From: Alphaproteobacteria bacterium
GTDB taxonomy: Bacteria > Pseudomonadota > Alphaproteobacteria > MED-G09
Direction of reading: 5' to 3'
Assembly: GCA_018658685.1 (NCBI GenBank)
Contig: JABHUT010000145.1
Span: forward strand, 1-34,022
DNA: 34,022 nt
A program made the translations under genes and the position numbers. Under the pieces are notes generated by a model. It saw only the letters and a list, made by a program, of their open reading frames with translations. It did not search any database and was not told the origin of the DNA. Position 1 is the stretch's first letter; each line of letters begins with the position of its first letter. This document shows, piece by piece, positions 25,561-32,651 of this stretch.

Positions 25561-25967
25561 TGTATAGTAAAGGATCTAATTTAAAGGATTGGGCGTTTTT
25601 AGTACCTCAGGAAAGTATGAATACTTGGGCTGTTATTCTAGACGATCCAAACCCTATTCATCTAGATGCTAATGCTGCCAAACAAGTCGGTTTGGGTGAC
25701 AAAACTATAAATCAAGGCCCGGCAAATATTGCTTATATATTGAACATGATTGAAGAAAATTTTCCTAACTCTCGAATTCTAAAGATGAATAATAAGATGA
25801 CTGATTCAGTTCTTGAGGGTGATTTAGTAACTGTTTCTGGACAGATTTCAGAAATTAAAGCTGAAGGTGATCAATTTATTGCTTCATGTTCAATAAAGTT
25901 AACTGTAGGAGAAGATAAAATTGCTGTATTATCTGAAATTGATGTATTGTTTGAGAGATCTCAATAA
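25560..25967 (+). CDS. MaoC-like (R)-specific enoyl-CoA hydratase, catalytic hot-dog subunit
   Basis: The track ORF starts at 25533. ATG 25560 overlaps the upstream stop by 1 nt (TAATG) and follows GGAGAAGGAGG, so it is preferred. The hydratase-2 motif is present: WAVILDDPNPIHLDANAAK (D-x-N-P-I-H-x5-A). Confidence 0.75.
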   Translation: MYSKGSNLKDWAFLVPQESMNTWAVILDDPNPIHLDANAAKQVGLGDKTINQGPANIAYILNMIEENFPNSRILKMNNKMTDSVLEGDLVTVSGQISEIKAEGDQFIASCSIKLTVGEDKIAVLSEIDVLFERSQ

Positions 25968-26377
25968 ACCTTTCTTAGCTTCATCCACCAGTCCTGAACT
26001 TCCGCTGCATGACTTTCGCCATATTCTTTTGCTAAATCAGATGCGTCCTCAGGTACTTTTTGCATTTCTGTAACCCCGACAGGTGCTGCGTCTTCAATAG
26101 GGTCCAACCATTCGAGATTAATATCCTCAATAACTCCATCATATTGTGCACCAGCTGCTTCATGATATTCACTGATTTGATGTTTAAGTAAAAAATCTAA
26201 ATATGTGGGGTAGACCAAAAGAGTATAATAGGAACTTCTTTCTCTTCCTCTATAGTATTCATAGCGAATAATGCAATCCTCATTAGCGTGTGATTGTTTA
26301 TATAGTTCTTTTGACAGTTCTTCGAATTTTTGCTCTTGACCTTCTACTATTTTAATATGGGCTAATAAAGACGACAT
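25961..26377 (-). CDS. ABM (antibiotic-biosynthesis-monooxygenase / Dabb ferredoxin-like) domain protein with ~45-aa C-terminal extension, paralog 1
   Basis: 138 aa. LLAHIKIVEGQEQKFEEL...EDCIIRYEYY...YYTLLVYPTYLDFLLKHQISEYH follows the ABM pattern (beta1-KpG-x-F ... E-x-gC-x-Y ... E-x-W-x-s-x-a-x-H-x-x-s-x-H). The family call is made by eye only. Confidence 0.45.
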   Translation of the reverse strand: MSSLLAHIKIVEGQEQKFEELSKELYKQSHANEDCIIRYEYYRGRERSSYYTLLVYPTYLDFLLKHQISEYHEAAGAQYDGVIEDINLEWLDPIEDAAPVGVTEMQKVPEDASDLAKEYGESHAAEVQDWWMKLRKVY

Positions 26378-26429
26378 GTTTAACTCCTTTGCTAAATTAT
26401 TATATTATTTTCTTATAAAGTTCTTTTAT

Positions 26430-26843
26430 TTATTTTTCTCTTAAATCAAACCACCATTTTTGAACTACAGCAGGATAGGTTTCTATATATTCTTTTGCTA
26501 ATTCAGGAGCATTTTCAGGTAACTCTTGCATTTCTGTAATACCTACGGGTGCTGCATTTTCAATAGGATCTAACCATTCAAGGTCTAGGCTCTCAATAAC
26601 TCCTCCGAATTGAGCTCCAGCCTCTTCATGATGTTTGCTAATTTGATGCTTAATAAGAAAATCTAAATATGTTGGATAAACTAATAACGAGTAATAAGAG
26701 TTTTTCTCTCTTCCTCTATAATGCTCATAACGAATAATACAATCTTCATTGGCATGCGATTGTTTGTAGAGTTCCTTTTGAAGTTCTTCGAATTTTTGTT
26801 CTTGACCCTCTACGACTTTAACGTGCGCAAGTAGTGATGACAT
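26430..26843 (-). CDS. ABM-domain protein with C-terminal extension, paralog 2
   Basis: 137 aa, collinear with paralog 1 (104 of 137 aligned residues identical by hand alignment), with the same ABM-like pattern. Confidence 0.45.
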   Translation of the reverse strand: MSSLLAHVKVVEGQEQKFEELQKELYKQSHANEDCIIRYEHYRGREKNSYYSLLVYPTYLDFLIKHQISKHHEEAGAQFGGVIESLDLEWLDPIENAAPVGITEMQELPENAPELAKEYIETYPAVVQKWWFDLREK

Positions 26844-26871
26844 GATTGCTTCCTTTTTATTATTGAATTAT

Positions 26872-27387
26872 TTATTTATCTAGCTTTCTATATTTTTCAT
26901 TATCGGCCCTAAGGTTGAAACCTAAAAATAAGCCTCCGAGATCACCTCTAATACCCTCTGATTTGACAGAAAAATTATCATCTAAAATATACAACCTTCT
27001 ACTAACCTTCCAGCCTTCAGGTGTTTTCGAAAATTCATCATGATATCTACCGCAATAAACATTAACATCTTGAATTCCAGCCTCGGTTATTTCACCGCCT
27101 GAGGTTAGTCCATAACTTTCTACTTCCGCTTTATCACCATTTATCTCAATGGCTACATTGCTGATTAAATGCCAGCTATGACCACCTTTCTCAACTTCCA
27201 TAACTGCGGGGATAAAACCTTTTGCATCTCCTGCATAAAATCCATAATCAATGAAGCCATCTTCTATAAAGCAACTTCTCAAGAGGTCTTCATCCATCCA
27301 GTCAAGTGCACGACAATATCTTGTTAAGCAATCGTTAATACTTTGTATTGCCTCAATTTTTTCTAATCTTTCTTCAATATTGCTCAT
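26872..27387 (-). CDS. SnoaL_4-type NTF2-fold protein (ring-hydroxylating-dioxygenase-beta-like fold)
   Basis: 171 aa. IEAIQSINDCLTRYCRALDWMDEDLLRSCFIEDGFIDYG is the typical SnoaL_4 opening. First gene of the minus-strand SnoaL_4/ABM/ABM unit. Confidence 0.6.
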   Translation of the reverse strand: MSNIEERLEKIEAIQSINDCLTRYCRALDWMDEDLLRSCFIEDGFIDYGFYAGDAKGFIPAVMEVEKGGHSWHLISNVAIEINGDKAEVESYGLTSGGEITEAGIQDVNVYCGRYHDEFSKTPEGWKVSRRLYILDDNFSVKSEGIRGDLGGLFLGFNLRADNEKYRKLDK

Positions 27388-27423
27388 AATGCCTCCATAT
27401 AAATAATCGTTGATAACTTACTC

Positions 27424-27436
27424 TACAAACACAAAA
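27424..27436 (-). promoter_or_regulatory. Shared 13-nt element copy 1 (TTTTGTGTTTGTA on minus strand), 36 nt upstream of the SnoaL_4 start
   Basis: Exact 13-mer TACAAACACAAAA (plus strand), identical to 29962-29974. Its TTGTA end can serve as a -35 for the minus-strand gene. Confidence 0.3.
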
Positions 27437-27440
27437 AATA

Positions 27441-27469
27441 TTGTCAATTAGTAAAGAGGCAAGTATAAA
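27441..27469 (+). promoter_or_regulatory. Candidate sigma-70 promoter for the PQQ dehydrogenase gene
   Basis: TTGTCA (27441-27446), 17 nt, TATAAA (27464-27469). It lies about 30 nt upstream of the TTG start and its AGGAG RBS. Confidence 0.35.
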
Positions 27470-27500
27470 ATAATGTATTTTTTATTCAGGAGAAAGAATT

Positions 27501-29465
27501 TTGCGAAGTCTATTAATTATTTTATTCTTTATTTTATATACTTCTCAAGGTTACTCAGAGGTTGATGACTGGTCTTCTTATGGAAAAGACTCAGGCGGCG
27601 GCCATTATTCTAAAGCTACAGAGATTACTCCTGAAAATGTAAAAAATTTAAAAAAAGTTTGGACACATCGATCTGGTGATTATCACAAGGGTTTAAACTG
27701 GACAGAAGATGTTACACCAAACAGCAGTCAGCAAACATCTTTTCAAGCCACTCCTCTTTTAGTGAATGAAACTTTATATTATTGCACTCCTTATAATAGA
27801 GTTTTTGCTTTGGACCCTGCAACAGGTGAGGAAAAATGGATTTTTGATCCGAAAGTTGAAAAAGAGGGTAAAGCACTTATGCACTGCAGAGGTGTTGGTA
27901 GTTGGATTGATAGTGAAAAAGTTGAATCTGATAAATGTTATCATAGGATTATCACAGGAACAATTGATGCAGAGCTCTTTTCTATTGACGGAAAAACTGG
28001 AGAGCTATGTAAGGACTTTGGTGATGATGGTCTTGTCGATTTAAGATCCGGTCTAGGCGATCACAATCCAGCATTTTATTATAGTGTTTCACCACCAGCT
28101 ATTATAGGTGATTTAGTAATCGTTGGCGGAGGCATTCCTGATAATGTAAGTACTTCTGTACCGGGAGGTGTAGTTCGTGCTTATGATATTCGGACAGGTG
28201 AGTTAGTTTGGTATTGGGACCCTATTCCTCCAGGTCAAGAACCAGTTATCGATGATCTAGGAAACCAGTTATATCAAAGAGGGACAACAAATGTTTGGTC
28301 GATAATTTCGACCGACCCTGAATTAAATCTTGTTTATTTACCAACTGGTAATACTGCAGCAGATAATTATGGTGGCCATCGAAATGGATCAGACTATTAT
28401 TCTAGTTCTGTTGTTGCATTAAACGCCTCAACTGGAGAGGTTGTTTGGCATTTTCAAACAGTTCATCATGATATTTGGGATTATGATGTTCCATCACAAC
28501 CAACTTTTTATGATATAAAAAAAGACGGAAAGATTATTAAGGCTTTAGCTCAAACAACAAAGATGGGATTAGTTTTTTTACTGAATAGAGAAACTGGTGA
28601 ACCTATTTTTCCAATTGAAGAAAGAGATGTACCCCAAGGAGCCGTGGATGGTGACTATGTTACAAAGACACAACCTTTTCCATCAAAGCCAGCACCTCTT
28701 ACTCCGACTTATTTAGATCCTGAAGATGTTTTTGGCTTTACTCCTTGGGATAAAGGATATTGTAAAAAAGCTGCCGAAGATTATAGGAATGAAGGTCTTT
28801 ATACACCTCCATCAATTGAAGGTAGTGTCCATTATCCAAGCGCGATTGGGGGAGCGAATTGGGGTGGTCCTGCAATTGATGCTTCTAGAAATATTCTCAT
28901 TGCAAATACTATGAACCTCTCCAGTACTATAGTAATGATCCCAAGAAGTGATTGTGATAAAGCCCTTAAAGATTTAGCAAGGGATAGCGTTCAATCAAGA
29001 TTTTCAGCATTGCAACAAAATGAAGGGACGCCTTATTGTACAATTAGAGCTTTTGGTTTTATGTCACCTTTAGGTGTTCCATGTACAAAACCACCTTGGG
29101 GCAATCTAACGGCAATTGATTTAGATACTGGAGAGCATTTGTGGCAAATTCCTCTTGGAACTTCTAAAGATTTAGCACCTTTTCCATTTTGGTGGATAAA
29201 AGGGGCTCCTAATATAGGGGGACCTACAGTAACTGCTTCAGGCTTAACATTTATTGCGGCAACTAGTGATTATTATTTGCGAGCATTTAATACTTTAACA
29301 GGTGAAGAGTTAGCTAAGTTTCGATTACCAACTGGGGGCCACGCAACACCTATGACTTATAAAAATAAGAATGGCAAACAATTTGTAGTTATAGCTGCTG
29401 GAGGTCACTGGGCTGTAGGATCACCAGCTTCTGATCACTTGATAGCATATGCCCTTCCAGACTAG
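27501..29465 (+). CDS. PQQ-dependent dehydrogenase, glucose/quinate/shikimate family, secreted form without N-terminal membrane anchor
   Basis: TTG start 8 nt after AGGAG, with signal peptide MRSLLIILFFILYTSQGYS. 654 aa. Motifs: DDWSSYGKDSGGGHYSKATEITPENVKNLKKVWTHRSGD, HHDIWDYDVPSQPTF and GGANWGG. No vicinal Cys-Cys, as in the GDH type. Confidence 0.85.
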   Translation: MRSLLIILFFILYTSQGYSEVDDWSSYGKDSGGGHYSKATEITPENVKNLKKVWTHRSGDYHKGLNWTEDVTPNSSQQTSFQATPLLVNETLYYCTPYNRVFALDPATGEEKWIFDPKVEKEGKALMHCRGVGSWIDSEKVESDKCYHRIITGTIDAELFSIDGKTGELCKDFGDDGLVDLRSGLGDHNPAFYYSVSPPAIIGDLVIVGGGIPDNVSTSVPGGVVRAYDIRTGELVWYWDPIPPGQEPVIDDLGNQLYQRGTTNVWSIISTDPELNLVYLPTGNTAADNYGGHRNGSDYYSSSVVALNASTGEVVWHFQTVHHDIWDYDVPSQPTFYDIKKDGKIIKALAQTTKMGLVFLLNRETGEPIFPIEERDVPQGAVDGDYVTKTQPFPSKPAPLTPTYLDPEDVFGFTPWDKGYCKKAAEDYRNEGLYTPPSIEGSVHYPSAIGGANWGGPAIDASRNILIANTMNLSSTIVMIPRSDCDKALKDLARDSVQSRFSALQQNEGTPYCTIRAFGFMSPLGVPCTKPPWGNLTAIDLDTGEHLWQIPLGTSKDLAPFPFWWIKGAPNIGGPTVTASGLTFIAATSDYYLRAFNTLTGEELAKFRLPTGGHATPMTYKNKNGKQFVVIAAGGHWAVGSPASDHLIAYALPD

Positions 29466-29479
29466 GCTGTTGATTAATA

Positions 29480-29920
29480 TTAAATAATTATTAATGCTTC
29501 TCTAAATATCATGATAGCTAGAGCTATCCAGCTTAACATAAAAAGAGAAAATCTAAACCACACAAGATTAATTGTTGCTTGAAGAATAGAATGAATAATT
29601 CTAATTACAACATAAGTCCAAGCACAATAAAGGTGAAGAACATCCGTATGATTAAGACCCCAAATTATAAATGAAATTGCGTAAAATATAGTTGGTTGTT
29701 CAAAAAGATGATTATAATTATCCGCAACTCTTTCAACTTTACTAGGAAAAATTCCACCAATTGAAGCAGGGTGTGAGAACTTTTGAACATCAACTCCATC
29801 TTCTTCAAGTTTTTTTGCTGCGGGGAGTCTAGTTGCATACATCCAAACCATCATCACAAAAGATAATACACACATTATAATGGCTGGTTGTAATATTAAA
29901 TCATTCATAAGTTTCTCCAA
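29480..29920 (-). CDS. MAPEG-family small membrane protein (glutathione-transferase-like)
   Basis: 146 aa with four hydrophobic segments. RVADNYNHLFEQPTIFY resembles the R-x-x-x-N-x-x-E-x-x-P core of bacterial MAPEG proteins. Confidence 0.5.
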   Translation of the reverse strand: MEKLMNDLILQPAIIMCVLSFVMMVWMYATRLPAAKKLEEDGVDVQKFSHPASIGGIFPSKVERVADNYNHLFEQPTIFYAISFIIWGLNHTDVLHLYCAWTYVVIRIIHSILQATINLVWFRFSLFMLSWIALAIMIFREALIII

Positions 29921-29961
29921 TTTAAGAAGTACTCTAATATATTATGATTAAATATGAATCT

Positions 29962-29974
29962 TACAAACACAAAA
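29962..29974 (-). promoter_or_regulatory. Shared 13-nt element copy 2, 41 nt upstream of the MAPEG start
   Basis: Exact TACAAACACAAAA. On the minus strand, TTGTAA -16 nt- TAATAT follows, giving a plausible -35/-10. Confidence 0.3.
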
Positions 29975-29995
29975 TAATATGATTTTATCGATTTA

Positions 29996-30023
29996 TTGAC
30001 AGTTATAAAAACTCAAGTAAAAT
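29996..30023 (+). promoter_or_regulatory. Candidate sigma-70 promoter for the VOC / NTF2-like gene pair
   Basis: Perfect -35 TTGACA (29996-30001), 16-nt spacer, -10 TAAAAT (30018-30023). Confidence 0.4.
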
Positions 30024-30050
30024 TTTGTTATTAGGATGGGGGTATCTAAT

Positions 30051-30512
30051 ATGGCAATTAACGGTTTGCATCATGCGGCAATTTCAACACCTGATATTGA
30101 TAGATTGATGAAGTGGTATAATGATAATTTTGGTTTCGAAGAGGTTTCAAGGTCTGAATGGCCCTCGGGATCTGAACAAATCGATGATGTCGTCGGCTTA
30201 AGAAGTAGTGCGGCAAAGCAAGGTTTTTTAAAATGCGGTAATATTATGATTGAATTTTTCGAGTATTCTAGTCCAGAACCTGAGTTAATGGACAGGAATC
30301 GTCCAGTCAACAATCATGGTCATACTCATGTTTGTATAGATGTAACAAATATTGAGGAGGAATATGAAAGATTAGTTAAAAATGGTGTTACATTTCATGC
30401 TCCACCTCAAGATTTTGGTCAGGTAAAGGCAACCTACGGTCGAGATATTGATGGTAATGTTTTTGAGTTACAAGAAATTATTGCAAAAGACCATCCAGCA
30501 AGAGTATTTTAA
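30051..30512 (+). CDS. VOC-family protein (glyoxalase / bleomycin-resistance / extradiol-dioxygenase fold)
   Basis: The track ORF starts at ATG 30036. ATG 30051 (MAINGLHHAAISTPDIDRLMKWYNDNFGFEE) sits 6 nt after a G-rich RBS and downstream of the predicted promoter, so it is preferred. A second beta-alpha-beta-beta-beta module follows: GHTHVCIDVTNIEEEYERLVKNGVTFH...DGNVFELQE. Confidence 0.8.
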   Translation: MAINGLHHAAISTPDIDRLMKWYNDNFGFEEVSRSEWPSGSEQIDDVVGLRSSAAKQGFLKCGNIMIEFFEYSSPEPELMDRNRPVNNHGHTHVCIDVTNIEEEYERLVKNGVTFHAPPQDFGQVKATYGRDIDGNVFELQEIIAKDHPARVF

Positions 30513-30533
30513 AATTTTTCATTAAGGCCAATT

Positions 30534-30929
30534 ATGAATTCTAATTTAATAACAAGTGAAGAGTTATTAAGTCTTCTTCAAGATATATATTTTAATAATA
30601 TTGACTCCGCTAATGCTGAATTCGCAGTACAGGCTATGCATGAGTCTGTTGAATGGATTCATACCCAGGTTTGGGAGCATGATGGCCATGATGCTAGCAC
30701 TATTGATACATTGAATGGACGTGAAGCGGTTAAGAAATTTCTTATCGGCCGGGTAAAAGAGATGCAAGTCGAAGGCATTATTCATAAAGTGCATAAAGTA
30801 TTGACTGATGGTACTTCTGGAGCTTTCCAGGCGAGTGTAATAGGTGTTGATGGAAGTGAAAAATCATTCTCTGGTTGGGTTGAGATAAAAGATAAAAAAA
30901 TAATTTCTTACCGAGTAATGCCTCTGTAA
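30534..30929 (+). CDS. Small NTF2/SnoaL-like fold protein (tentative)
   Basis: 131 aa. The length, the N-terminal helices followed by beta-rich GAFQASVIGVDGSEKSFSGWVEIKDKKIISYRVMP, and the context suggest an NTF2-like cone. No diagnostic motif is present. Confidence 0.35.
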   Translation: MNSNLITSEELLSLLQDIYFNNIDSANAEFAVQAMHESVEWIHTQVWEHDGHDASTIDTLNGREAVKKFLIGRVKEMQVEGIIHKVHKVLTDGTSGAFQASVIGVDGSEKSFSGWVEIKDKKIISYRVMPL

Positions 30930-30935
30930 AGTTAT

Positions 30936-32525
30936 TTATTTACCAAAAACTTTTTCTCCCAAGTCGAAATTTTTTAATTTAAATTTTTGAACTTTTGTTG
31001 AAGACATAGGCCAATCATCTATAAAGACAATATATCTAGGAATTTTAAAATTTGAGATTTGTCCTTTTGAAAATACGATAAGATCTTCTTTTGATATTTT
31101 TGATCCAGGTTTTCTTTCAACAAATAACGCTGGAACTTCACCAAGGTGGTCATCATCCACTCCAACTACTTGACTGATCAAAACTTCTTCGTGGCTATCA
31201 AAATAAGCTTCAATTTCCAACGCTGCTACATTTTCTCCACCAACCTTCAACATATCTTTTAATCTTCCATGAAAACGAATATGCCCTTCTTTACTTAAAG
31301 ACCCAATATCCCCACTTGAAAACCAACCATCTGATGATAAGGCATTCTCAGTTGCTTTTTTATCATTTAAATAACCGGAAAATACGTGCTTTCCTTTAAT
31401 TTCAATAAGTCCTTTTTCATCCGGACCTAGAACTTCATTTGTTTCAGGGTTTAATATCCTTATTTCTGCACCTGGCCATGGTTTGCCGCATGTTGAGATT
31501 CTGTCTTCCAGAGAATCTTCAGGTGAGCCAAATGAGGTAACACCTCCCACCTCTGTTAATCCATAAGCAGAAACTAAGCTAGCTTGAGGAACTTTATTTT
31601 GGAAGGACCTTAAAGTTTCTATTGGGGCTACGTTATTTATTAATCTTAGGCTTTTGAGATTTTCAGGTAAGAAATCTTGATGGTTAATAAGCGAAACCAT
31701 TACAGCTGGAAAAGCAGGAAAAGCAATTGAAACATCTTTTTCAATTAATGTTTTAATTGAAGTATCAGGATCAAAATGAATAGTTGAGATAAAGGTTGAT
31801 TTTGAAATTGCACAGGCCATAAATGGAAGTATTGATGACATATGAAACATAGGAAGAGGGTCCCAAAAAACATCTTCTTCGCTCATACTCCATCTATTGA
31901 CCATTGCGTTTGCAACATAAATTAAACTTGCATGGCTTAAAGGACATCCTTTTGGATTTGCAGTTGTTCCAGATGTATACATAATAAATGCTGGATCATC
32001 ATCTTGGCCTATTGGGTCTTGGTGAATTTTATTGTTTACTTCAATCTCTTCAAAGTCTTTAAAGTCCTTAAATCTTTTATCTTTAGATCCACCTATAATG
32101 TATACATCAGATAGATTTTGAGGCTTTCCTTCAGGGGAATCATAGACGGAACTTATTAAATTAGAGAAATTAGTTACTTCATCAGAATCTGAGCTAGTAA
32201 ACAATGCTTTGCAACCACTATCATGCATTACATAGTGAAGTTCTTTTGCCTTATAACGAGCATTAATATTTACCGGAACAATACCTGCGTAAATGGCACC
32301 ATACATAAGAGTTAGATATTCAATTGAATTGAATAAAAGTATTCCTACTTTATCTCCCTTTTGAAGACCAAGCTCTCTAAATTTTTTGGCATATGAGGTT
32401 GTAAGTTCTGAAAATTCTTCGAAACTTAATGTTCTATTGTCTACTGTTAAGCAATCTTTTTTAGAAAATTTATCATCAAAAATGGTTGATATTTGTCCTA
32501 AATTTTTAGCATCCTTTAAATTCAT
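30936..32525 (-). CDS. AMP-dependent acyl-CoA synthetase/ligase
   Basis: 529 aa with YTSGTTANPKG, YGLTEVGG, SGDIGSLSKEGHIRFHGRLKDMLKVGGENVAALEIE and the C-terminal Lys region SSTKVQKFKL. Confidence 0.9.
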   Translation of the reverse strand: MNLKDAKNLGQISTIFDDKFSKKDCLTVDNRTLSFEEFSELTTSYAKKFRELGLQKGDKVGILLFNSIEYLTLMYGAIYAGIVPVNINARYKAKELHYVMHDSGCKALFTSSDSDEVTNFSNLISSVYDSPEGKPQNLSDVYIIGGSKDKRFKDFKDFEEIEVNNKIHQDPIGQDDDPAFIMYTSGTTANPKGCPLSHASLIYVANAMVNRWSMSEEDVFWDPLPMFHMSSILPFMACAISKSTFISTIHFDPDTSIKTLIEKDVSIAFPAFPAVMVSLINHQDFLPENLKSLRLINNVAPIETLRSFQNKVPQASLVSAYGLTEVGGVTSFGSPEDSLEDRISTCGKPWPGAEIRILNPETNEVLGPDEKGLIEIKGKHVFSGYLNDKKATENALSSDGWFSSGDIGSLSKEGHIRFHGRLKDMLKVGGENVAALEIEAYFDSHEEVLISQVVGVDDDHLGEVPALFVERKPGSKISKEDLIVFSKGQISNFKIPRYIVFIDDWPMSSTKVQKFKLKNFDLGEKVFGK

Positions 32526-32651
32526 AAGTTTCCTCTGATATCAACTATAGTAAATTATCATTCGCTTGGAATATTAAAATTATTGTGTGATAATTCTAGA
32601 AGGTATTAAATAAAAATGAAATAAAAAAGAATAAAATTTGGGAAGAAAATT

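Larger units (their letters stand above)
25961..26843 (-). repeat. Tandem gene duplication (two ABM-like paralogs, 52-nt spacer)
   Basis: The proteins are about three-quarters identical. Codons 2-7 (SSLLAH) are all synonymous but all different (tcg/tca, tct/tca, tta/cta, tta/ctt, gcc/gcg, cat/cac). This indicates an old duplication under purifying selection. Confidence 0.8.

Noticed and set aside
27766-28044. 92-aa plus-strand ORF in another frame of the PQQ dehydrogenase
   Set aside because: It is an out-of-frame overlap within a 654-aa ORF that has strong PQQ-family motifs.
2081-30794. Remaining short track ORFs antisense to or inside larger genes (2081-2269, 2301-2483, 3173-3370, 5467-5712, 9274-9489, 10223-10435, 11563-11757, 12716-12898, 13910-14110, 15547-15780, 19233-19415, 20146-20385, 20974-21222, 21161-21352, 22569-22772, 28726-28914, 30071-30313, 30567-30794)
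   Set aside because: Each is fully nested within a longer ORF that has clear family motifs. They are 60-82 aa with no recognisable motifs and are typical shadow ORFs.
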